A DNA stretch of 63,851 nt, counting the filler, from Intoshia linei (taxonomy: Eukaryota > Animalia > Orthonectida): the NCBI GenBank assembly GCA_001642005.1. It is 8 parts of 8 records of this genome, joined end to end, with 100 filler letters (N's around TTAATTAATTAA, not from the genome) between each part and the next. Parts side by side here need not be neighbours in the genome. Positions count along the whole stretch, not along the records: positions 16,358 to 38,800 come from LWCA01000595.1; 7 more parts are not named here. One strand, given 5' to 3'. The notes beneath the pieces are model-generated. The model worked only from the letters and a program-made list of their open reading frames with translations, searched no databases and had not been told where the DNA came from. How positions within the stretch are numbered: the first letter of the stretch is position 1; every line of letters starts with the position of its first letter. Positions 26,001 through 38,900 of the stretch are shown here, in pieces. The position numbers and the translations under genes were made by a program.

Positions 26001-28679
26001 TATTATGAACATGATCAAAACCTGATTTCTTCATGTTCATATAGAACAGAATTGACTGTATTTGAAATCTTTAGTATGTTAATTGGGCGAAACTATATTA
26101 ACTTTTACTTTTTTAACATTCTATGACTTCATTTTTATCATTTTTCAAAATACAGGTACAGTGAAGACTCCATATAAGCACACTTTAGATAGGCACATAT
26201 ATAGAAAGTGTGCTTATCATAAGTATACTTATATGAAGTCTTCACTGTAATACCAGAAAAACTGACTTTAAATTTGGTATTTTTAAATTTCTGGACTGTT
26301 AATTTGATAAATAAATGATTGCAGACAGACCACACATATTTTAGCAACGTATGAGTAAGGGCTAGAAAGTGTGTTTACCAGCAAACTTTTAATAATCTAC
26401 ATTGTACATATTGTGTAGCTTATTCGAACAACCATTTGGACCCTCGATGAGAAAAGCTACACCAAGGAAGAGATTGCATTGCTAAAACTTGTTAAAGACG
26501 AAAATAAATTATCAGAGTCAATTTTATCCGAAAAAGGCAATTCCCAAGATTCGAGTAAATTTAAAATATTATATAATAACAGGTTGACTGTTATCTACTA
26601 CGTACGAACACCACCTAGTTCTGCCGAGGGCACGTTTTTATTATACCAAAGAAATAAATTCATGTTGAAAATCTAACTTAAAAATCCTACTATTCACTAT
26701 TATCAATCCTTTGAAGGAGTGATTCCCAAACTTGTTTCAGGTGGAACAAATATCACATTACTTTTTACTTTAAAGTGAATTATTCCATCTTAATTTTTTG
26801 TTTGTTAACATTTGTGTAAATAATTTTAAAAACAATTGTTATCCCATTTTTTTAATTTATTAGACAGAATGTGTGTATAATATTAAAAATAAAGTAAAAA
26901 CAGTCCAATCCTAAAAATTGTCATAAATAGCATAAATTCCAAAAAAATAAAATTAGTGTAATCCTAAAAATTGTCATAAATTCTAGAAAAAATAAAATTA
27001 TCAAAACCTATTTTGTCATAATCAATGTGATGAGGCATCACTATATATCAATATATTCAGTTTTAATTTTTTATTTTCAATTTTTATTTTAATCGAAATA
27101 TTTAAAAAATATTGGTTAATAATATATTAAAAATTATTTTTCATGGGAATGCGTAGATTTCTTAGTTTAAAATTTTGTATTTATATCAACTGGAATAAGC
27201 TCTATCATAATAATCTTTTTTTTTTAATTTTCGGACCGTTCATAATTTCACATTTTTTGTTTTAATAAAATATTTCGGAAAAAAATATATGAAAACTAAA
27301 ATGATTTTTTGACCATGAAGGCGTCACTTCTCAGATTGAAATTTTTTTATGTGTGTTAACAGGATACAACTGTACTACTTGTAATTTTTGTTAAATTCTG
27401 TGGCTGTTTACATTTATAAAAAAACGGTCATTTCGGGTTTTGTCAATGAAGATATATTTTTTTAAATTCTCGAACTCGTTTGATTTTCAAAAAAAGGATA
27501 GTTGGGCTTTTTGACCACTAAGATGTGAATTTGAGAGGTTGAATTTTATCTTACTTTCGCCCGGAAAAAATTTATAACTAATAGTTTTATAAAATTCTAA
27601 GACTGGTAGTTTTTGAAATAAACGATAACACACATACAGACAAACAAAGCATATTATATAAGTAAGGATTTACTGCTGGAAAAAGCTATTAAACACTTAA
27701 GAAATATTCGATTAGTTTTTAGTTTGTTGGATAAATGTAATTATTTTATATAGAAACAGAAAAAATTTTTTTACACAAGCACTTTTAACTACCAGATACA
27801 TTTGACCAGTTTATTTCAATAAAATTAAAATACAAACTAAGCATCGATTATTTTTTTAGAAAAAATTGTCTTATAATTTATATTTGTTATATTTAAATAA
27901 GTAAATAATACTGATTTTAATATAAATGTATGTTGTAGTATAAATTATACGACAACATAAATACTACAATATAATATAATACTTATTAAACTATACTATA
28001 TATTATATTACAATATCATATCATCTTGATAAAGCAATTTGGAAAAAAATTAAATAAACCAAAAAAGGCAATTTAGTTTATATTTTTACTTGGATTACCT
28101 GTTTTTGGGAATGTAAAATTATTTATTTATTAATTTATTTTTTTTTTTATAGTTTTTCCAATAAATATTTACTCATTTTTAATAAATTTGGACTTTGAAT
28201 TTAACAATTTAATTTTAATCAATTGAATCTTTTTTAATAAGATGTATAATTATATAGCGAACAAAATAATACGTTCAACTACATGTAGTCACATTCCAAC
28301 TATTAAAAATGTTATACCGATTTTAGTGAATGATTTATAGTTTTTTCCAGCAAAGTTATCCAAACTTTTGTAATACATTTGTATTAAATTTAATTTTTGT
28401 GCCTGAAGATTGTATGTAATACTTTTAATTATTTTATTAACAGCAACAACAAAAAATAAGACAATTTGGAAACGAATACTAAACTGTATTATTGGAGAAT
28501 ATGTTGGAATCAAACAAGAAAGAAAGGAAGCTGCCGCAAAATATTTTAAAACAATTTCATCCATCAATCAAACTAAATTTCAAAAATATATTCTCAATAT
28601 ATTTGCTGGTATAGTCATTTTCATGGTGCTGTGCTTATATACTTTTTTCGGAATTAATAGTAAATGGCCTTTTTTTTAA
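17003..28679 (+). CDS. Sodium:solute symporter SLC5 family, most like sodium/myo-inositol cotransporter SLC5A3; 12 visible exons, 5' exons missing
   Basis: In-phase exons: LGWLHLPVYI (17003-17062), TTIPDYTIKRFGGKRI (19381-), GGLTSVIFTDCIQT (~21890), PWLGFLFGQSMASISYWCSDQ (~23510-23574), VQRVLASKNISHAKGS (24079-), SNYAYPFLIMKLLP, GLRGLML, TDLTSIFNSASSLFTCDLY, MQGGEIYMYIQ, GAFYGL...IHYMY, and a final TM exon 28444-28679. Confidence 0.93.
17115..17981 (-). mobile_element. Non-autonomous Helitron copy
   Basis: Minus-strand 5' end A|TCCTTACTTATATAAT followed by TGTTTGTATGTGT; degenerate 3' end GTAGTACATAACAGTCAACCTA. The body is shared with many other copies. Confidence 0.72.
20154..20889 (+). 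mobile_element. Non-autonomous hAT deletion derivative
   Basis: TIR CAGG.ATT.TCAAC and a perfect 8-bp TSD GTGTACAG. Retains a dimerisation-domain relic, STSTQNERNFSTASNFVTKRR (~20715-20780). Confidence 0.88.
25841..26058. mobile_element. pogo/Tigger-type MITE, copy 2
   Basis: Perfect TIR CAGTCAATTCTGTTCTATATGAACAT with a TA TSD. Confidence 0.88.
26159..26247. mobile_element. 89-bp hairpin MITE
   Basis: TIR CAGTGAAGACT(C/T)CATATAAG, inner inverted pair ATAAGCACACTTT / AAAGTGTGCTTAT, TA flanks. Confidence 0.8.
26580..27668 (-). mobile_element. Non-autonomous Helitron copy (longest)
   Basis: Same 5' A|TCCTTACTTATATAAT end and the 3' module CCCTCGGCAGA.CTAG...CAGTCAAC. Confidence 0.75.
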
Positions 28680-29879
28680 AATGTGTTATGATTGTTATTA
28701 TTCATCTATCATCTAAAAGTTAAAACTATTAAAATTTATTTTTAGTGTTACTAGTGATTCTCGCCTCGCTTCGTCGATATCGGTTTTGTTTTAGATTTTA
28801 GATGGCGATGAAAAAAATTACATTTTATATGACTTGAATGTACATTAGGGTGTCACATCAAATTTTTTTTTGAAGAAATTCAAAAACATACCCAGTAGAT
28901 TAGATGTAATTTAAAAAAAAATGACGATTTGATGACTAATTCTGAAAAATACACATTAATGACTCAGCGTTGATCAATTAAGTAATTAACAAATTTTATT
29001 TATTATAAAAGGTTATTTTAAGGGCCTATTTTTCATAAAATATTTGAAATTATTCCAAATTTGCATACAGCTATCGCATGTAATCTAGTAAAACATTACA
29101 GATATTCTTGAATTGTATTAAATATATAATATAGTTTTCACATGGGATGTTGATATGTATTTTTCAATTTCCGAATTTGAGTCCTTCAAGGTAAAAAATC
29201 CAATTTGCCTTTTTGTTTACATATACAATCAGCCCAAAAATTTAATAAAACATAAATTCTGGTAGTGTTTTTAAAATAATAAGCATATCATAAATGGCAA
29301 CCTCAAAAAAGATAATTTTCACTATCAAAACACCAGATTACCCCTTTAATTTAACTTTTTACCCCAATTTGGTGCGCAGTAATATATAAACATTAAGTTG
29401 ACTGTTATGTACTACGTACAAACAGGACCTAGCTCTGCCGAGGGTATATTTTTATTATACTATATTTATATTATCAATCTTTTAAAGGAGTGGTTCCCAA
29501 ATTTGTATCAGGTGGAACCATCATATCATATTACTTTTTACTTTAAAGTGAATTAATTTAATTAATTTTTTTTGTTAACATTTGCTTGAAGAATTTTAAA
29601 AACAATTGTTATCGCATTTTTTTAGCATAAAATGAGGCATAAAATAATAATCTTGAGAAAAACGGTTGTTTACTTGCTTAACATGCAAACTAAATATAAA
29701 AATGTGACTTGGATATATATTTATTGATATATCAACAAGACGGATTTTATTTTAACTAACAACAAAATTTGATATATGTATACTAAAAAGGGTAGAAAAC
29801 ATAAGTTAGTGTGTCGATTGTCAAAGATATATTAATTATATTCTTATTATCAACTGATTAACTGTATTTGCATTGCGAT

Positions 29880-32800
29880 ATGGAGGAGCATGAATTTGAT
29901 AATGTAACTATAAAGAAAGAAGTGAGGAAACTAGTACACGATGAAAAAACAACATTAGCAAAAAACAAAACATCTATTGGAGATGGTAGTCTCAAAAAAT
30001 CTGTAAATCAAACGGGTCCAACTTCACCTATTACTGCACTCCCAAATACCAATAATATGCTTCAAAATATGAATGTCGAAGCTGAGAATAACTTTTATCG
30101 GTCAATCATTGCTACTAGATATTGTTATACTCAAATGTCAAAAATATTTTCACCAAAATTTAAATACAAAACATGGCGTCTTCTTTGGCTAAATCTTGCT
30201 ATAGCTCAAAAGGTTTTATTTTTAGTTTAATGTATTTACTAGGTTTTCATTTAGGAACTTGGATTGAATGTTACGAAAGAACAAATTGATGAAATGAGGT
30301 CCAATTTGGATAATATCAATTTTGATAATGTAAGTCAATATGAAAAGAGGTTCAAGCACGATGTTATGGCTCATATTCATGCTTTTGGCGATGTTTGTCC
30401 TACAGCTATGCCTATTATTCATCTAGGTGCCACCAGCTGCTTTGTTACAGACAATGGAGTAAGTTTATATCATTTTCATAATTATAATATAAAACAGTAT
30501 GTATTAGGGGTTTTGATGTTTCCAACTCTTTACTGTCTAACGCCTTTCAAGGGGACGTTTCTATTTTTGGTGATCGTATATATGACATTTTATTTATTGT
30601 CCATTATTTTCAGTTGTCATTTTTGTTATTTAAATTTGTAAAAAGGTTGAGGTCATTTGTATACAATTAATTAAATTGTAATTTTAATGTTGCCAATATA
30701 AGTATTCAAAATGATAAGAGTAACAAGTTAATGAGATATCCTTTAGAAAGTATTTATATGGACATTTTATAATTTACATGTAAGTCGATTGTAGTTTAGT
30801 GAATTACACCCGTTATTCGTTAACATTTTCGATAACCATGAATGCAGAAACATACATTCTACTAATTTGCACATTAATAAATCATTCAAAAAAACAATAT
30901 AATAATATGAAATATCGAATAATATTTTCAAGTCGTTGTGAACTTAGCATTATTCATATTTAGTTTTAATGAATTTAATTTAAATAGAAAAAATAATTTT
31001 AAGTCGTAAACACTGCCATATAACAAGTAAACGTGAGGTATAGAATGAAAGTGGATAACTTATGTTCAGACGTTGAATGTTTTATTTTTATTATACAGTT
31101 GCCAAAGAGAGAAAGATGTTGGGAATTTATCCCAAAGCCTAGACGACCGCTGTATTATTAATTTAAAAAACCTATTTTTATCCCACCATTAATAAAATTT
31201 AATAAAAAATATCATTTCAAACACGGAAAAATCGACTGTTTCCATTATTTTTTTAAAAAACACGATTTTACCAAATCTTATGAGCAACAACTTCATAATC
31301 TAAAACCTAAAATAAAAATTCCAATTTTACTAACGCTTAATGGAAATATTTTTGTTTCCAATATTTTTTTAAAAAACACCATTTTACCAAATCTTATGAC
31401 AGAAATCTTTCATTTTTTCATAAATGTTTTACATTTCATGTTACCTTTGAAATCCAAAAAAAGCAATATTTTTAAATGGGGGTCCGTAGTACGTACTCCG
31501 TAAACTATTTGAATCGGGATTCCCGATTCGCGAATCACTGCATTAAATGAATCATGAACAGTAAACTCTTTTAATAATAATGGAGGGGTTATTAGAAATT
31601 GGACAATGTCAAAAATTTAAAGGATTGTAATAATATCTTATTTTTTCGTGGTGTAGTATTTTTTAATGTATTGTTAGTGTGCTGTAAACAAAATAGTTTG
31701 AAAAAATGCGGTAGACTTTAAAATCTTATTTACATGTTATCTCTTTATTTTCGTGTGCACGTTTTTTCAAAAAATATGTAAATAGTTACCTGTTGAATGT
31801 TTAATTTGGCTATTCTTAAAATGTACCTGCCAGTATACACACATTCAGTAAAAATATTATTTACTTATGAATCAACGTGAATATATTTATTTGAAATTTC
31901 ATATAATTTTATTTGACAAGTCTTTATGATTATATTTTTTTAGTCAATATTCATTACAAAAATCTAGATTATTTTGTTGGTTTCATTAGGGATAATTTTT
32001 TAGCTTATTTTTAAAGATTTTGAAGATAATTTTGGGACCAAAATTTGGTAGGGTTTTTAAGGGAATATTTTTAACATTTTATGGGATTTTCAAAATCTTT
32101 AAAAATTTATTTAAAAATTTCTTAGACGCCCCGAAGAGGGTCTCGGCTACGAAGGTTCATCACTGAAACCTAAACTCAAGGTCGAAACTGTTTAAGTATA
32201 AAATTTAAAATTCATTGGCCAATTTACGTAGCACTATTTAAAGTTTCAACATTTGATAATTTTGCAATGTTCATGGTTTATTCACCATATTTTTATATTC
32301 AGAAATGTGTGAGGTTTTACCAAAAATTATAAAAAAAACATAAATTTACAATTCGATAACTTTCCTTTATTTTTGCGCGATAGAGAACAAGCAACCCACA
32401 ATTGAAATCTTATTAATTTCCTTTTTACATTATTGTTAAATTAAATTGCATTGACTTAAAAATGATTTACGAATAAAACATAAATAAAATGTTTAGGATT
32501 TACTAGTAATGAAAAAAGCCATCGAAATAATAATACCAAAGGTAAATTAAAATATTAATAAATAACAATATAAAATCTTTACTAGCTATGCGTTTGTTTG
32601 AACATTTTGTCAAAGAAATGTTTTCAGTATAAAAATACGGCATGTTTAGGATTTACACATTTTCAGTTATTTAACAAATTTCGTATTATAATGTCATTAA
32701 TCTAGGCCTGCACAATTAACTACCGTTGGAAAAAGAATGTGCGTATGGTTGCAAGATTTGTTTATGGATTTGAACCAACTAATAACCATATACGATACTC

Positions 32801-35545
32801 TGATATTTAGAGGAGCTAAAGGTACGACAGGAACGCAAGCGTCATTTTTAAATTTGTTTAATGGTGATATAAAAAAAGTTAATCAATTGGATCAACGTCT
32901 CACTGAATTGTGTAATTTTCCAAGGTAAATTATAATTATAATTAATAAATAATTATTTAATTTTGATCAAATCATATTTTTTTCATTTTATCTTATATAT
33001 CGTTTAATCATATTTACCGTGTCCAATAACATAACTATTATACAAAAAATAAATTGCAGCATAGCATTAATTTTGTCGAAAATATTAAACATTGAATGTG
33101 CTTGATAAATTGATTAAATTTTAGAAAATTTACAATCTGCGGGCAAACATATACGAGAAAATTAGATTGTCATATACTCAGCGCTATGGCTGGAATCGGT
33201 TCTTCTATGCATAAGGTATACCATGTATTATTTTTAATATTTCTGCAAACTTGGTATACAAACTAAATTTTGAACTAACAGGAATTTGTTAAATTAGTTG
33301 TAGATTTATAGAATTGGAACCAACAGTTAATATTATTAGATTGAAAAAATTATCAGATACACTCTAGTTTGGTAAATAAATCTATAAAATAATATATTAT
33401 TAAATATAAGTGTGTTTTTAAGTTTACCCAGTTTAACGTTCAATTTTCATTTTTTGATATTTACAATAAATATAATTATTATTTTTTTGTTAATACAATG
33501 TAATTATAATGTATTCATTTTATTTTTAGATATGCACAGATCTTCGTTTATTGTCTAATAGTAGCGAAATGTCTGAACCATTTTCTTCTGATCAAATTGG
33601 TAAATTTTTAAATTCTATTTTGTAAAAACAACTACACATAATAAATGGTTATATCCTAGGTCAATCAGAATTAATAAATTTAGCAGAATCAAACTTGTTA
33701 TAGTCGTTATCAATTTAATAAAAATTTAGGATCCAGTGCAATGGCTTACAAACAAAACCCTGTTAATTTAGAACGGTGTTGTTCATTGTCACGGCGTATT
33801 ATGAGCATATCTGGAGAAGCTCTTCAAACACATGCTTTACAGTGGCTTGAAAGATCTCTGGATGACAGTGCTATTAGGTATTATAATAATTATTATTTCA
33901 AATATAAAAATATTAATATATAAATACATTTTATGCTTTTCTATTAATTTCTACAAATTCTTTTCAACTTTTCAAATATTGTTTAAATTTTTCTGAAAAT
34001 ATGGCGTTTTTTTCTCATGAAGGTTTGCATTTTTGGAAGCATTTTTAACTGACATGTAGATGACAGAACGGGATCAACTTCACCTTAATGGTGCCATGAA
34101 AATGTTTATTCTAATATTAAATAAATTGTTGTTGGTACATTAAATTTAGACGCATTTACATACCAGAATCATTTATTTTAACAGACAGTGTAATTAGTCA
34201 TTTACAAAGCATATTTAACAAAATTCAAGTCAATGAAAAGGTTTTAATTGATTATTAATATAATGTATAATATATTAGGGTTATTCGTTTGAGAGATTTT
34301 TTCTTTTAATAGGGTTTTGAAAAAACCCGAGCATACTGTTAACAAAAGTAGTTATACATGGCTACCCAAAAAAATTAGAAAAATACGAAAATTTCCACCC
34401 AATGAGGAATGATTATTAAATATTTAAAACAAATCGAAAAATGAAATTATAATTATCACTATATATACATATATATACATTATATACTGTATTACATTAT
34501 ATTTATACAATTTTAGATTATAGCAAACCGTGTTAAAGACTATTTACCACTTATGGTAACCGAAAATATTATAATGGAGATGACAAAAAAAGGAGCAAAT
34601 CGGCAGGTTCTTTTTATCATCATTTGTAGTATAAATAATGTTGACGTAAATTTTTAATAATGAAAGTTGTATTAAAATATTTTAGGAATGTCACGAATTA
34701 GTCAGAAAATTGTCACTCCAATCTTCTGAAAAAGTAAAACAAGGCCATAAGAATGATTTAATTGATCTCATCAGAGGCAATGCTTATTTTAATCCAATAC
34801 ACCCCATTTTGGAGGATTTATTAAACAATGCTGACCAATATACAGGATGTGCTGCTTATCAGGTAAATATTAAATTGGAAATGTACTAATATATTAAAAA
34901 ACATTATTATAAAGAAAATGTATAAAAAGATATAAAATACATATATGAAGGAGAGCCTAGGCTAAATATTAATATTAATTTACGAAATTTAATTAGGGAT
35001 AATAAAATGCAATTTTGAATTAGACCCCTAGAGCGGGTTAAATGAGTTTTTTAGTACTTTTTTAATAGAGTGCATATTAGCTCGGATCCATCCGTTAATC
35101 ATATTGGTACATTCTTTATGACCAACCTGTCTAATTCGAAAGGTTCACAAGTCTTGCCATAAATCATGTATCATCTTTTTTCATCGTCTCTCATTTTTGG
35201 GGTTTCTGGTGCATTTCATCATTAATCTAAATCTAAATTCTCCAACCCTTACAATTTTTGGAAAATCGTAGTGACTTCCGGATGCAAACAACTGGTATCC
35301 GTTGAATATGGATATATTTCACTATTTTAAATCTTTAGCGTGAATTCATGTCGTTGACGGAATTTGCATCAACTTGTTTTAAAATTTAAATGATGTGTCC
35401 ATTATTGTTATGTTTCGTATTTAATTTTAAAATTTAGGTATCAATATTCCTGAATGAAGAATTTTATCCATGTATTGAGGGAATTTACCGAAAATATAGA
35501 AAAAAGATTGATTTTGAAAACAAAAATAATTATTCATTTAGTTAG
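29880..35545 (+). CDS. ADSL: Adenylosuccinate lyase, 12 exons
   Basis: [112 protein letters not shown]. All junctions are GT-AG. Stop 35543-35545; AATAAA at 35582. Confidence 0.97.
31097..31410 (+). repeat. Dispersed repeat carrying a degenerate ~29-bp minisatellite (other copies ~631-810 and ~20360-20640)
   Basis: Shared GGGAATT.ATCCCAAAGCCTAGACGACCG head (at 631 and 31097), followed by AAAAA.CC..TTTT.CCAA-like units. Confidence 0.65.
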
Positions 35546-36212
35546 TCCTGTAAACTAATATTTCAATGTTTTACGTCAAATAATAAAAATTATCCACTAA
35601 TAGTTATTTATTTTATTATTGTTTGAAATTCAAATTGAATCAAGTAAATAATTTTTATTTCTCTTGCATGATTCAGCATTAAAATTTTAAAATTATCTAT
35701 CAAAAGATATTCCTCGGATTTTTATTTCTAAATTTAATTTAATCGCATAATCATAATCATACTATCATTAAAATTGCACTTTTCAACTTTCTTAAAATTT
35801 AACTTACACGATAATTATAATGAAAACTAGACAATTTATCTAAAAAAAGGCTGATAACGACTAATTGATGAATATGATTTATATACTAATTTGTAAAAAG
35901 GTTAACAAAAAATAATCTCCAATAATTATGAAATGAAAATTCTTTCAGTATTGTATAATTCATAAATCGATATATAAACGTACTGATTGATCTCATACAT
36001 TGTTTGTAATTTATGTAGTACTGTATATCATTAATTGTAAAATATTCAGTAAAAACGCCTAAAATTAAATTTAAAAACACTAACTATATCTACTTGTTAT
36101 TGTTAACTCGTAACAAATGAATTTACATTTTTGTGAGAAATATTCAAATCATAGCAACATGTAATGAGGGAATTGGAAAATCTAATTGTAGAAAAAATCA
36201 AAAAATTATAGA

Positions 36213-38609
36213 ATGTCTTATTTGTCAGCATTTTGGAATCGTGCATCCGCATCAATGTCTTCTTCAAACAGTAAACGCAAGCTTAAAAAATCTGATAAAT
36301 CTGATGATGATGTATTCACTAAAGATGCAACAAGTAAAATTCAATGTATTTCAAACTCAACGTTTTATTTAGCTGAAGCGCAATTTCGTCATTTGGAAAT
36401 AACGTACATAATTAGTTTATGCATAAATTTTTAAGTTATTATGTTAAGATAGTTTCACCATAAGTTAACATTCTAAAAGTCTTTGAAACAAACAGTTTTG
36501 ATTATAAATAAACTTGGTTAAATTTAATTTTATTATTTATGGAGTCATGTTGTCAGCGGTTCATACATTTGTGTGGATTAGAATTTTAGAATTAGTAAGT
36601 GGGTACTTTATGGGACAATTTTCAGTAACATTGTCCCATCTAATCTATACATACATTAGGAATGTCAAAAAAAGTTTTAATGGGTCTTCAAGTACCCTCT
36701 TCAAGGTAGGGGTGGAATTTTGTTGAATTGACAATTTTGTCATAAACTAACTGTCCTAATATACATAAATTCACTTTTTAAATAGGAAATCCGATAGATA
36801 TTTGGATTTGATGAAAGAAGTTGTAAGTGACGCGCAAAAAAAGAAGTTTCAATCTTTAATTTCCACAAACACCATTGTATCTACACCAGCACTCGAAAGG
36901 GCCATTCTATTGGACGAAGAAAATCCAAGTAGTGATCTTCATATCGACTCTCAAGAAATTAAAATGGGAACAATCTTAATTTCAGGAGTATATCTGTCAA
37001 TTGAAACGTAATTTTTTTAAAGAGGTCTACCAGTTACTGATTAAAATTTTCTAAATCTTAAATTGTTTCATGCCTACAGAGTAACTGCCAATTTAAAAAA
37101 TTAATTAAATTTATTCATTATTATTAATATTATATTTAGAGCATTTTGGCACGGACACGTTTTAATACATAAATTTGACAGATACAATTTTAAATTAGAA
37201 ATTTCCATCCTTTCTTCCATATATAACTGTAAAGCTTTACGACATCAAAATTTGTCTTTATTTATGGGTGCATCAATTGAACCTGAATATATAATTATTA
37301 TGACTGGGTAAAATTAATTTTTAATTTTTTTTTAAAATTTTTAGAATTTCTCAATATACAACTTTGTATAGCATCGTACATAAAATAGGAAAAATGCTTT
37401 TAGGTTGGAATTTAAACTTATCCAAAAATTACAACCTTACAATGTATAATATTTTACTGGACATTGCGCACGCTTTAGATTATTTACATTCTAAACAAAT
37501 TCACTGTGGAAATTTGTCATCTAAACAAATATTTGTTGGAAATGAAACCAAATTGCATATTCTTGATTGTGATCCAGATTTACTTATTCCATCAAAGTAA
37601 TTACATTATTCTCATTTTAAATATTTACTTTAGTTACTTTTCCTAAACGATATAAAAATTTAAAATTTAGTTCAGATTATGCCAATTTAAACAGAGGGAA
37701 GATATCATACTATGCACCAGAATTATTAAAAACTATGTACATTTTTGATGGAATCAAATTTCGTCAAAAATTTTCCATTTATTCAGATATTTATGCTTAT
37801 GGGTAACACTTGAATTGTTTATACAAGATTGTAGAACAATCATTGTACAATATTTACATTTACGATGCAAAAATGAAATAAAACATTATACAACGAATAA
37901 GTTAGTCTAGTGGCCACTAAACTTTTTGACATGGGGCCGGAATAACTAACTAAAAAATCCGCGGGCCAGATGGAAAATATACATGAATGTATTTTAAATT
38001 ACGATTTAAAATTTAATTAATGAATTAATAAGTTTCTCATGTTTTAGAAGTGACATTTCGATGTATATATTTAAAATCTAAGTCGATGATATATGATAAA
38101 TTTGTAAGATATCACCGGTGTATTATGTAATATATAGCTACAATTTACAGTTTAGATTTATAATTCGCGGACCGTAGTTTGGTGGACACTAAGTTAGTCT
38201 AAAGTCGGCTGAATTAAAAATTGAAATTTTTCATAGTCCGTTTTAGTCGTTCAAAATTACTTTGAAAAAGTTTCTGATCCCTGAATAAAAACTTTCAAAA
38301 TTAAATTCAAAATGCATGGCCATTGGCCAGTCTCCCGGGTCATAATAAAAATTTAAAATTTTTCAGGTTCACTTACTTTCACGGTTATAAAATTAATATG
38401 CTTCAAGACACATCTATGAGAGAATTGAATGGGAACTTTGCAGATGGTCATTTAGGGCAGTTACAAATAATTTAAAATAGCATTTTAGCATACTAATATA
38501 CGAAATTTGGTCAAGAACCTACCCACCTTTATCTATTAAATTATACCAATACATATACAAAAGTAGCAAAAATCAACTGGACATGATTTGTAAATATAAA
38601 CCTGTTCAA
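36213..38609 (+). CDS. KSR-like (TKL/RAF group) pseudokinase; 3' end cut by a spacer
   Basis: Exons give AFWHGHVLIH, LRHQNLSLFMGASIEP, IAHALDYLHSKQIHCGNLSSKQIFV, ISYYAPELL, FSIYSDIYAYG and ILIYEIWSRTYP. Compare KSR RWHGEVAIR, RHENVVLFMGAC, YLHAKGIVHKDLKSKNVF, YLAPEI and FSKAADVYAFG. Confidence 0.78.
37908..38191. mobile_element. hAT-type MITE in the pseudokinase gene
   Basis: TIR TAGTG.CCAC.AAACT (14/16) with a perfect 8-bp TSD AGTTAGTC. Confidence 0.88.
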
Positions 38610-38900
38610 GTAATTTTTACAGCAAATTAATGTTGTTTTGCGTGTTATACATACATTAAGGTGTGTCCTAAAACACTTTTTTTAAACAATGCAAAAGTAG
38701 CCAACGGGGAAAGATGAAACTTTTTATTGCTAACAAGATGATGTGCTTGAAATTGTCTAACTCTCAAAAAAACCATTGACTTTTTGCATTTTAAACTAAT
38801 NNNNNNNNNNNNNNNNNNNNNNNNNNNNNNNNNNNNNNNNNNNNTTAATTAATTAANNNNNNNNNNNNNNNNNNNNNNNNNNNNNNNNNNNNNNNNNNNN

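Noticed and set aside
26138-26347. 69-aa ORF
   Set aside because: It spans the hairpin MITE and has no protein features.
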